The notes under the pieces were generated by a model. That model searched no databases. It saw only the letters and a program-made list of their open reading frames with translations, and was not told where the DNA came from. A DNA stretch of 64,000 nt, from positions 29,698,001 through 29,762,000 of the forward strand of contig CM060734.1 of the NCBI GenBank assembly GCA_030704615.1, written 5' to 3'. This stretch comes from Takakia lepidozioides (lineage: Eukaryota; Plantae; Bryophyta). Each line of letters starts with the position of its first letter. Within the stretch, counting starts at the first letter, position 1. Position numbers and translations under genes: made by a program. Below, piece by piece: positions 37,626 through 51,600 of this stretch.

Positions 37626-37799
37626 GCATTACACTCCTGTGGAATGCATTGGACAGCGAGGCCTCGGGTGTAATGCTACCTTTGTTGCACGTGCTTTATG
37701 TAGTGTAATGCAGGGCATTCTTGGATTTTCGGGCCTTCCCCTCGGGCCACCGCCCTCAAATCCGGGAATGCCCTCCACTCAGGGCATTACACTATACAT
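37626..37799. repeat. Nested short inverted repeats (MITE remnant)
   Basis: agggcattcttggattt / aaatccgggaatgccct (37712-37774) flanked by tagtgtaatgc / gcattacacta; a similar pair lies at 37626-37676. Confidence 0.55.
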
Positions 37800-38360
37800 T
37801 CCTCCATTCTGTTACGGAAATCACAACCTGAACACCTTAACTTGTTCCAGTTGATCAGACATTGTGCTGTTTCTAGCTCTCGATTGTGTGATCATGTGGA
37901 TTCACCATATCCCCTCAATATCCATAAACTTGCCAAGGCCCTTACTCCACTCTGGCTCCTGAAGTAGGTAAGTGGAATGGGACCACCTTTATTCCTGCCA
38001 CCTTCATTTATTTCAGCATTTCAGCACCGGACGTAAAACAAACTTTACTTTGTTTCAGCATTGACTTCAATCAACCCCCTCTCTCCACAATTAACTACCC
38101 TTCCTTTCACTCCCTCTTCTCACAGAAAACTAGCTGAAGGCTTTTGAGCTGCATACTGCATACAGTCTATCCTGGATAAATGTTACATCTAAAAACGTTA
38201 AACTACCATAAATGTTAAGAATTTTTTTCCCCTACTTCTGCAAAGTAGCAAATGTGAAGTGTTGATTGCTAACAAATGTTTACTCCCCTCTTGGTCGGAT
38301 GCTGTGTAAGTGTCATTTTGTAAATGTTAATGTGCTTTATCAATCCATTCCTAACTGTTA

Positions 38361-38623
38361 GGGCCACTTTACACTAAGGACCAAGACCAAGACCAAGCAG
38401 AAATGGAACATTCTTATTGGTCGAGGGCCGAAAGTTGGTCCCAAGGGCTTTACACTAGGGACCAAGCCCAAAAGACCAAAGCGGGCACCTACTTTTGGTG
38501 CAAACTTCTTGGTCCAACAGACCAAGGAAAAGGAACCCTCCTAATAGCTGGACCCAACTCTTTGGCTCCAGACCCAGACCAGCCCAAGAGTTGCACTTCT
38601 TGGTCCCTAGTGTAAAGCGGCCC
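38361..38623. mobile_element. PIF/Harbinger (Tourist-like) MITE
   Basis: TIR gggcc(a/g)ctttacacta(a/g)ggacca at both ends; TTA TSD at 38358-38360 and 38624-38626. Confidence 0.9.
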
Positions 38624-38645
38624 TTAATGTGTTACCCTTGTCTAA

Positions 38646-38915
38646 GGGCCGCTTTACACTACGGGCCAAGCCCAAGAAATCCTGGGCCCAATTTCTGCCA
38701 CTCTTGGGCTGGTCTTGGGCCAACTTCAACGGTCATGGACACACAAAAATAGTCTATTTAATACCAAACTTCTTGGGCCCAAGAGCTGAGAGTTGGGTCT
38801 CCGTTCTAGGGGTGTTCCTTTTTCTTGGTCCGCCCAAGAAGTTAGCGCCAAAACTTGTGCCATGTAGGTGCCATGTAGGCAAATGACCCACTTCCAGGGC
38901 CGTAGTGTAAAGCCG
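38646..38915. mobile_element. Second related Harbinger MITE, truncated
   Basis: taa then gggccgctttacactac at 38646; partial inverted copy cgtagtgtaaagcc at 38901-38914. Confidence 0.6.
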
Positions 38916-39341
38916 TTGGGCCCAATTTGCAGGCCTCCGCCAATCGGAATGCCCTAAATGTTATTCTTTTTCTACACTCACCGTTAACATTTATGCAGGG
39001 GAGACTGTACTGAGACCCACTTCTCGTAGAGAGAACATCTTTTACTCATAAGAGATTCCTCCGCTTCACACCTTTTTCTGTGTTGATAGTTTCAATTGTG
39101 TGTTCGCTTGCTTCTAGAAAAACAAACTCACCTGGAGAAAGACACAGTGCGAAGCAAGCACATACACCAGAAAATTGCTGCAACCTTGTTAATTCCATTT
39201 TCAGTCATCGAACCATTCTAAAAAACTCAACTCGTGTGTGATCTGGTCTTAACCTGAACAGATGCCCCTCATACACTTTTTCGGAAGATTTGGAGGAGCT
39301 TCGTAAGGATCACCTTCCTAAGCAGAATCATTATGTAGACT

Positions 39342-39821
<480 letters not shown>

Positions 39822-40917
39822 TCACAATTGCTAGAAGACAAAAAGCAAATAGAGAACACCAGCACAGCGGCTGATCACTGAGCCGGACAGACAGATCAAC
39901 AGTTTCTTCCAGAAGAAACACGAATTGCGAGGACAGAGACTGATGAGAGACGGAACAGACTACAGACCCTTCGCAAGAACTAGCGAATTAGCAGACCTGC
40001 ATGTCGAGCTGTCATGGTCAAATATAGCGGTGGTTTTTTTTGCTTGATGCTTCCGATGCTACTGCGAGAAGCGGGCCTCGCACAAAACACATATTTGTTT
40101 TGCATGTCAAACGTTGCAGGAGAATCTGTCTTGCAAGATCTTCCATCTCTCTGTCTGGGTGAAGTTGTACTTGGCGATGGAGTCCCGCAGCGAGGGTGCC
40201 GCTTACAATCCTTCTTTTGTCATCACACACAGGAGCACCTATAGTGGCTCATGACCAGTGTGGATGATGCCAACAGCAGAGAGAAGAGGGGTAAAATCCT
40301 TCAATGGTATTTGAGAGTTAGAGTGGACAATCAGGCAATGCAACAAAGAATAAGGGCTCTTGAGATGTTTCATTACTCTCCCGTGACTGGGGTTTGTTTC
40401 TCTTGTGAGTCCTCAAAAAGGAAATGACAGCACAAACATGGATGCACATGTTTACCGTATACAAAATTCAAATGTCAGAACCACACCTGATCACCGTGAG
40501 AAACACTCAATGCTTTCAATGCATTTATGGATAGGAGCGGGACTAACATCGGAGATGTTACTATCAGGTATTGGGAAGGAACTGTATGCTTGTCAAGACC
40601 TGTTTACACTAGCACACCACTGCATACCGCCAGAAAGACCACATGTATTAGCTCAACAACTAACTCCTCCCACTGCGTGGCCCCAGCTTGATTTAAAGAG
40701 CTGTAGCACGAGATGTGTGAACTTTGTAGAGGAGCAGAAGGCAAAAATGTGGCAATTCAGACCGTGCTCATAGTAGCACCTCATAGCACCTGCTAGCAAT
40801 TTAGCTGGAGCAGAGGAGAGGGAACCAAGGAACGCTTTTCCATTGGAAAAAAGGGGCCACCTGCAATAATCAATGAGAAGCCACCTAGGACTAGCATAAA
40901 TATATCAATACACACAC

Positions 40918-43900
40918 TCATGGAACCACTTTTGGTCCCTTGTATATGCCCCTCTGCACCACAAAATCATCGGGGGGTTGAAACTCCTCCAAATAGTCAT
41001 AGCCTGGATCATCCACATTCTTATCGCCATCATGTTGCAATCCTTCAGGCATACCTATTAGGAAAACACGCCAAATCAGTATGCTTGTGGCATTGACAGG
41101 GAGACCAAAAACAATGACACAATGTCACTGACTAAATGCCTTGCATCGATGTGAACATTTGTTGGTTCTCGCAATAAAACTCAAGAATAATCTTCAAACG
41201 AGTATGGTGCATCTGAAAATAAAAAACAAAAGCTTACTACCAGACAGTTACATTCAAGGGTAATCCTGAACGGGCAATTGTGAAGGGCACCACACTCGAA
41301 CTCTGAGGAACCACAACAACCAAATTCCAAACATGTGTACAGCTGAGTCCGACAATAAGGTGAGATGCACACTGGTGTAGCAGAAAATTGCATATCGTGC
41401 CTTATGTTAGTATAACCAGCTGACTTTTGAAGAGAAAAAACTTCAAGCAGTCAAATATCTAGGCAACTAAATGGGGACATAGGGAGTTGATGGGCTGCTA
41501 ATGTTCAACGCAAAAGCTCATGAAATTGTGCACCATGCAAGGAAACTCCATAGTGGAACACACCAGCGCTAGGGAAGTTGCGATAATATGTGCAATGCCG
41601 GCCAGTTGCAGTTGAGTACGGGGGTGCCAGGACATCAAGGACCGCACAGGGTGTGACAGCTGTAAAGGCATGGATGTTCCCACCACTTGTGGGATAAAGC
41701 ACTGCTGTCTCGCATGGTGCTGTAATCACATGGTCCACCACCAACTTCGCTAATCTGGCTGCAACCATCCCGAGTGTGTCTTTTGTCAGACGTTTTAGTT
41801 GACATGGAGCAGTCCAAATGTGACATCTGCACCATTCTTGACAACTTTCCTCCCATATTTGTAGTCAGCACTTAGAATGGTGAAGAGAGCCACAATATAA
41901 CAAGCAAAGCCACTACGCAGTTGTAGCGCAGCTGTTGCAGATGACAATCTCACATGGCAATGACGTTGCCGTTTTCTAATTGACTCAAGCGACAAGCACA
42001 ATTGAAAGAAAGAAACCATACGCATCCACACCGATGGGACTAACTTGAACAACAACAAAACCTGCACTCGTAAGACCTTAAACAGAAACAAACAAGACTA
42101 TTATGACAGGCCAAAAAGGGAGATATTACCCCTTTCATCTCTAAAAATAATTACCAACGAGAAGTAGAAAGAAAAAGTCGAAGGAAAACACCCGACACTT
42201 GTGAAGGACTTCAACTATTGATGCACGTGTGGTTCTATGAGGACATTCAAATCCGTTGAAGCACCGGTTCCCCAATGAGGTTGCCAAACTAGTTGCAATG
42301 CTGATTGCAATCCTTACATTCAAGTCAAGTGTTCAATCAGCCCCCAAACAGAGTGAGAGGTGGTAGCTCGGGTAGAGCTAATCCAGCATGCTAACGAAAA
42401 ATTACAAAGACTGAGCCCATGCACACCCACTCAACAACCATGGCCTTAGCTGGGCATTGACTGCCAGTCAAAGCCAGTGGGCTGCAAAAAGATGCCTTAC
42501 AAGGACTTCATATAACCCATGTCAAAGTGCACCTTATGAATCAGAGCACAGTTGCCATCAAATTTCCCATCAAACAAGTGACAAGAGGAATGTAACTACT
42601 ACACAACTGTCCCATATTCCATTCCTGTACCCTTTGATGCCTATAAGGAACTAGGTGGCCTGCCAAAGCACATTTCCCGAAACTGAAGGCAGACAATCCA
42701 AAAGAAGTGAAGTACCAGGACATCAACCTACCCAATACAGGATGTTTTGAAGTATAAAAAGTTGTATACATGCAATTGAGCCCAGATTTCGAAAACTTCT
42801 GCACATTAGAGAGGTACAAAAGTGCAATTTTCTTTTTCAGATTGTCCAATTTGAAGAGTAGGACCAATAAAAACCCCCAATTCTACGTAAACCCATCGAA
42901 CCACCCAACTTAGGAACTTACATTCGGAGGCATCGGCATCGATGTTTGTCTCAAAGGGGTGGACCCAGTCGTAGGCATGCACATGCATGGAGCCATACAG
43001 CAGCTTACTTAGCACTGTCATACCTGGATGATTATGGAGTGGAATCACTGCTGATGTTGGCAAACAAAATATGCCCATCTTCAGTAATATCCAGCATAGG
43101 CCAACAATCAGAGCCACCAGTGAGCACAATGCCAGCAAGGAAGTAGAAGCAGGTCAAATATCTACTCTTTGTTGCAAAGACCTATGTGAACTCTAAAGTC
43201 CTGACAGATCAACCAGGTGCAGTGGTAAACTGCCAGCCTTGACCTACTTCATCGCCAATACCATCATAAACTGATGTACTTTCATCACATCCTACTAAGT
43301 CTTCCTTGAACCCCTCTCTGCTGAGATTCCCCTGCCAATTTCTGCCTAAGGAAGACAACATAAGAGAGGAGCTCATATTCAGTTTCAATTGAGGTTCAAG
43401 GGTCCTGTTTCCCCCTCTGGATTCATGCGGCATCCAGAAAAGGCCCCATAATGCATCCAGCTCAGCTAAGAAGTCATCAAAATCAAACTTTCTGATGCTA
43501 GTTAGTTGATCAACATCTTCTAATTTTTTAAGCACTAGCCCCTTAAACCCTGTTCTATTCCTTTGTCTCACTCCCCCACTTCCTTCCTACCCACCCTCCT
43601 CTACTACACAGCAAAGAGGCTGCCATTAATGCAAGATCGCTTACCGAAAACTGCTCACACTCATATAAATGAAGATAGGTAATCGGCGGCGCCCATCGGA
43701 CCACCATTGATGAATGCCAACCCCTTCGGCCATTCTGCCCAAAGTAGCCAAAACCTCGCTCTTGCTGCTCCACTGCGTCCTCCTCCATCCCAACATCTGC
43801 TGCCTTTATACTATCTGCATCACCATAACCCCCTCCATGCATCTGATTGGGCACATTTACCAGAGCACGCAAATATGTTTGCCATTGGATCATAGTGTGA

Positions 43901-44570
43901 TTGGCCCCATGCAAAACACCCCAACAAAATGTAACCCAAAATCCAAGGCACAGCTCCACCTGGCATGGATGCTCAGATGCTTGTAATAATACATCATCAA
44001 ACCACTTGCCCTGAAGGAGGCTGGGGATACATTAATTGTTACAGAACTTCTAGTCGAAGTGGACTCAAAATTCGGTGCAGCCTTTGTGCACAGAGCATCT
44101 GTGACCAGTTTGGAGCAGGCAAGGATACCAGATATCTCGCGATTGAGCCCACAATAGAGCCACAGCTTCGAGGGTTGCCACAACATAACGTGTTATTCCG
44201 CTAGCGTTTGTGTGTCTAGATATACTTAGGGACCATTTCCATGAACATCGACAAATGCCATACCCTAGAGAGCATAGTCCCCACGAGATTCTATGTTGTA
44301 GGTTTTGCAACCCCACCAGCGTACGAAACTCAGCCCAGAACCATATCGCTCACGCACAGCCTATGACGGTGAATGGGAAGGGCTGGCATTAAAGTCAGAC
44401 TACAGAGCAATTTGGTAATATCAGGGATAGAAAGACGGGGAGTGAGGCACGGAACCTAGCAAATTGCGCACGCGTTGCAGTCCCGGCACTGAAGGAGTTG
44501 TCGATGCTGCCGTGAAGGTCACTTTACACACATCATACAGCTTCTGCACAGCCGATGTTGACGTCGCCAT
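40918..44570 (-). CDS. PCO: Plant cysteine oxidase (ADO/PCO family), 5 exons
   Basis: Exons 44570-44456, 43814-43645, 43078-42922, 41758-41564 and 41054-40918 with GT-AG borders. Motifs [64 protein letters not shown]. Confidence 0.94.
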
Positions 44571-46101
44571 TTTTGCAAATACAAACCCTAACACCATCTG
44601 GTCTGGATGGTAACACCTCCCATTCCGCAGGCTGTTTCTCCGGTGTGTCTGAAGGGTCTGGCGACATGTACACCCGTTTCTATTCTCCTTGATTCGCCTT
44701 GCAATCACATCTCTCCGTCTCAAAGCTCGCGCTTCTCTTCGCTCTTGTGTCTCGTCTCCTATCCACGTCAGCTCCGGATGCGTCGCCGTCTGTCAATTTT
44801 CCGTCGACGGATTGTCTTTTCAACTTCTCGTCTTTTCTTTTGTGATCTCTCCGTTCTTCTTGCCATGAAGCATAAGTTGAGAGAGTGTGCAGTCAGAGTG
44901 TGCAGTTAGAGCAGTCACTCATGATTTATCATAGCATGATGTGCCGAGTGCTAACAAGATTTCCATATCACATCCTTATTAGTTCAAACTTCATAAGTTT
45001 TATCCATATTCAGCTTCAGGGAAGTCCTATAAACAAACCCATATCTCCTGGGCCTTATTCTCCAATCCTCCTCTTTAATCACTCACATGCAGAAATCCAT
45101 TCACTAGAGAGTGCAATGCAATCACTGTGCCTGCTACTAGGACACTCCGTCCTTCACTTGAGAGCTGATGGTCACATGGCTCAAAAAACATACATATAGC
45201 ACGTTTTGAAGTCTGTGTCATGGATTCGAAAAACATCAACGAATTTGCTCACAAATGGTTAGCAACATAGCCTACAAAAAATTCAGTTTTTGCAATGCAA
45301 GGAGGCAGCCTGGCTTGGTGCTCCAGACATATAAGAGCTTCCAGTTTGTTGGCGCTCTGGTAGTGCTAGGAACATACAGCATTCCTTTCAGTTTTTCTCA
45401 CACAGCAGTCTCGTCTAGCTTACCTGCTAGGTTTAGTTCTATCACTTAAACATTGGCCACCCATGAGACTTTGCAAATAGTCTAGCAGTCAGTAGTGTAA
45501 AGTTTTTTTCCACATCATCAAAGTCGATGAGACCAGCCTCTGGAAAATAAGGAGTCTAGGTCCGGAGGCCAACAGCCCTCAAGGCTGCTTCCCAAACTAA
45601 AACTACACTTCATTGCAGAGAGGCTGGGCAATACAGAAGAAGTTTTTTCCCTTCAAAGCAGATAACCCATCTTCTTCCGAGTCACCCATGAGACTCAGAA
45701 AGTTACAATCCAATAACAAGGTAGAAAAAAGATGGCACCGACCAAGTCAAAATTTTGTTTGCTCTCTTTCACAACTCAAACTACACAAACCTCTAGAAAA
45801 CAAAACAGCCTACCTCCAAAGGCCCAAAAACTGCGACCCTCCAGAACTTCTAGCAGCCTACCCCCTACCATGGTCTTCACAGACAAATGATGTTACTACA
45901 AGTATAATAAAGTGCAGGGGGCGTGACAGCCCCAGTCCTGAAGTGGTGCGGGGCTTTATTCCTTGAAAGCAGACAAACCACCAAATTTATGGAAACCAAA
46001 ACGCATCAGTCCAGACTCACTCCACAGACCATCTGCATCAGAACCCGGGAGGCAGCCGATTGGAGGTGTACGATTTCCAATATTCAATGCACCGAGTGCT
46101 C

Positions 46102-47157
<1,056 letters not shown>

Positions 47158-48684
47158 TCAAGTAGATCCTATGAAGAAAACGGTCACGTTGGAGGCCCTA
47201 CCGAAGCAAAATCGACTGCAAATCACAACTTCATCAAATATTCCTCGTTCTGCTCGAACAGTACAGAACAGAAACACCGGAAGAGAGGATCAGAGGAGAT
47301 GTATGGCCCAAGATATCTAATCTGAGCTGTCTCAAATTCAAGCCGTCTGTCTACCTCTCCTTCGAACCTCTCGGGAGCGCAGGAAAAGTTTGTACAGGAC
47401 TAGAAAGAGTAATAAAAAGGCTCCACACCAGCTCTACGAAGTGGAGAAGTTAAACAGGAGCTGGAAACGAAGGCACACGACCAGCTATGCCCCAAACCTG
47501 CACCAGAAAGCCACCCGAGAAGAGAGGCGGCAGTCACACAAGAGAGAGAGGCCATAACAAGTCTGCCCATATATATACCTATACATAATTTTGTTTTACT
47601 TCTTTTTCTTTTGCTTTTTCCTTTTTTGGAAAAGGGGGAAGAAGTGGAAGGGGACAGAAAACTCCGACAATATTTACACAACGGCATTCATCCATTTTCT
47701 AATATTTGTTTTTCTTAAAATGTTGGTTTGCACATGGATGAATGAGTGGTGAAATGAATGAATGTAACTGACCCTTTCTCTCCCGCGAGCTTTGGAGCTT
47801 TTCTCTCGAGCTTTCCTCTTCGCTAGAGCGATTGTGATGCATGAAAATGGATGGTGATAAGCTTCCTCCAAAAGCAGGAGATAGATTTGCTATCATCCTT
47901 GTTGTTGACTGAGTGGGGTGTCACCTTGGGCTTTAAATATGTAGATATCTGTCAAATTTCGTCTCTCTTTCTTCGGCCATTGTTGCCCTTGTCCTGCGAA
48001 TTCTTTAGACAAATCAGGAGTTATTGCTGAATTGGCTGGAGTTTGCTGGCGGATTGTATTCTAGTCATGTGCACTGCCATTCTCATGTGATTTGGCCCAC
48101 AGAAGTTGGTCTGATATCAGGGCAGGTTGAGTTGCCCTGAATTAGGCTACACAAGTCAAGTCAATGTCTCACATTACTGGATATGTTCTCTCGTAAAAGA
48201 GTGCTAGTGTGCAGACTTCCATCGGAGGAGAGCATGGGATAAGGGTTCTTTCAGTATGAAAAGGAGACTAGGGACAGCTTATGGTGATAAAGACACCAGG
48301 TTAATAGGATCACGAAAACCACGACAGTTGCGATTTTCCAATTTCAAACACTGGTATGAAGCTCTGTGAATCGCTGGACATCTGCACGTTATTTGGACAT
48401 ATCAAGCTCTGTAGATCGCAAGAACCCCCACAGGATAATACCACATACATTATGTTGCCTCTGCGAGTGAACATCCATGCCTGCTCCCAAGTATAGAACT
48501 TCATATACAGCCCAAGTAGGTACTGTTGTAAGGAGGTAGTCAGATCTATACACACGGGTTAAGATTGTATATTACACTCGGTTCTTTCAAGCAATATCGA
48601 CGCAGCATCCTCATCCATACGTTCAAGGGAGCTCATTGCTATATCGAAGCACTACTTTGAGTGGGTGTAATAGCGTCATTGAAA

Positions 48685-51600
48685 ATGGAGATGTCACCAG
48701 CCGAGGAGGAGGTCGAACTTCGGCTGCCAAGAGAAGCTGCCAAACTTGCCCAATCGTTTGGACTTGAGGTTGTACCATAGTTACCAGGATAATGTGTACA
48801 GATCCTGTAAACATAATAATTCTTACAGTGTTGTAAGCTGTGACGGTGGGCGAGGGAGGTCATTGACCAGTCCTTGCCATAAATATAAGTGTTCTATAAC
48901 ATATTAGTTCAGAAGAGCACTCCAATCCGAGTGACGAAGATACAGACGTCATCCTGAGTAGCTTGAAGCACCACTGTCCCAGCATTTTTGTTACAATCTT
49001 AGCACACTTGTTGACGGAACAACTCTGACAATTTGTCAATTCCCCTCATGAACCCAACATTGTCGTACTGGCAACGAGAATGCCCGGCATTTGTGTTCCA
49101 TCAACACCGCTACTTTCTCTCTTTTATCCTTTCACCATTTCACTTCATTTCATTTCTCTTTTATCATTTGGAACTTTGTTTTTGTCCGTATGCCATTGTT
49201 CTTGAAACTTTTCTTGTCCAGTGCATCATGACTGTAGTGACTGGGGACGGAAGAAATTTCTTCCCCAAAAACTGACTCCAGCCTAACAGAGGTGCTTTGT
49301 TGTTGCAACAACACTGATGGAGCCTGCAGGGAAGTCGGAGGAACAACGTGAACTACATTGCTGAGAACGTGTTAATCCATGCGTCTGGAGACACAATCCA
49401 TTTCTTGGACATACAAACCTTGAAGCAGACCTTCTGCCCAGTGAGTATCACTTGACGAGTGACAACCCATTAGATGAATTATTTAGGGTGACTTAGAGAC
49501 ATCAGGGGTGGGCCATGTTCGGTTCTGGAAGATGGCATCCACATTCACTGGATTGAAGCTTGAGGTGAGACCCTACCTAGGCTTGCTTAAAATCCCATTA
49601 CAAGGTAAGACCAGTGACAAAAATTTGTGTTAGTGACCATTGTGCCTATGAGAAATGTCTTCGCATCCAGTTCTAAACGCTTCCTTGTCTTTCCTGCTGT
49701 CCCTTTGATCTCAGGGTTCTATAGCAAAATTTGGAACAGTTCCCATCAGCGACATTGCAGCATATATGGAGTTAAGAAATAGCAAGGTAAGTAGGTACAT
49801 TATGTTCATTAGAGAAACAGTTGAGAGGCACAAAAATGGGATGGGAAAACTTTAAAGGATTGTGCATAGAGTTTGACAACACCATGAATGATTGGCACAA
49901 GGCCTTATCATTGCCACTTCTGTCTGTACACAGTAATTGAAGGTTCAAGCTGATTTAGTAGTTCCGTTGCTTACAAATCTGAAAATGATCGTTGCAACAT
50001 TTTTGGCACATACATAAGCTCTCTTTAAGGAAATGGTACTTTATAACATCCGGGGGAAGCTATAAGAGCTTGTGATTAGAGGAAGAAAGAAACAAGAAAG
50101 AGAGAGGGGCCACAAACAGCCCAAAAGCAACTAAAGCTCTAGGGATTGTCTAGAGTCAACCCTTCATTCTGGTAAGCTGCCAAGCATTTCTGTCTTCATA
50201 ATGCAAGACCTCAATGAGAGATTGATATCCCAGACAGTTGAATCTCTCACAGATCTCATAGTCTAAAGGGCAGTGAAAGTTCTTCACTTTCGATTTCCCT
50301 GTAGTTCCCAACGTAAGCCAGGCATAGGCACGTGGCAGATTTTCCCATCTACCAGTCGCTATCCACAGACTGTGGGAGTGCACCCCGAACCTCCCCAATG
50401 CCCTCAGAAGAGATGGAGATAGAGCTGCAGACAGGTAATTAGGCCGCAAGATCCTATCATCACGGAGAAACAAGAATGTCTCCTGATAGAAGTGCAGTTT
50501 TGTTGTTAGAGTAGCTGGTTTCCATTTTTGCCGGACATGCAGTTCCATACGTTCCTTCTGGTGCATCTATAGCGGTCATGTAGGTAGGCCTCCAGGCACT
50601 TCGGATCTTTATAGCTAAAGTCCTCTCCTGTGAAGGTAGAGTCCTTTAAAGAGACGTCAATATCTGCCCCAGATCTCATAGTGTGCAGGGCACAAGAAGA
50701 AGCCACGTGTTCTTGTTGAGCATGTTAGAAAATAAACCTGTCCTCACTCTAGAGATATTTACAGGAAGCTTCTATTCACAAGCAGCAGTACAAAAACTTG
50801 ACAACTGAATAAGACAAGAGGTTAGTACTGACAAAAACTGGAGTCCTTGCTCCCTACTACAAAAGAAAGCTTACAGAGTTGACAGTAGATGCTGGATTTC
50901 TCCTCCTCTCTGCAATCTAGGATAGCACATCAACCTACATGCTAGAAGAAGTGCTGGGCAGTGCCTCAGCCTTTCCCTTCATCCTTACACAGGTTCTCTG
51001 GAATCTTCTGGTGCAACCTTGTGGTGGAACCTTCCCTAGCCGTAAAAAAAAACCCTAACAGAACCCTAGCTAACAGTCCCAATGGCTAGCTAAATCTGAG
51101 CTGACATCTAACACTCCCAGTCAGCGAGGATTGAGGCTTAACCCAATTGGTTGCATGCATGGAATGCCTTTCTTTAGATAGAGCCTTTGTGAGTGCATCA
51201 GCTGCCATGTCCTCAGTCTTACAGAAAACCAACTCAATCTTCAAACCAATCTTTTCTCTAATGAAATGATGTTTGGTATCTATGTACTTGGTCCAGGCAT
51301 GGTGAACAGGATTCTTGCGGAGCTCAATGCTGCTCCTGTTATCAGCATGCATTTTTGTTGGTTGTTCTTGACTGAAGCCAAGTTCACCAAGAAGCCTTCG
51401 AACCCAGATGGCTTCTTTGGTTGCATGGGTTAGAGCCATATCTCTGACTCAGTCGAAGATAGTGCAGTGGTCTGCTGTCTTTTGCTGCTCCAGCTCACAG
51501 CACCTCCACTCATTACAAAACAGTAGGCAGATATGGATCTCCTCTCATCCGTGTCTCCTGCTGAATCTGCATCATTATATCCTTCTAGTGATGCTCAGTG

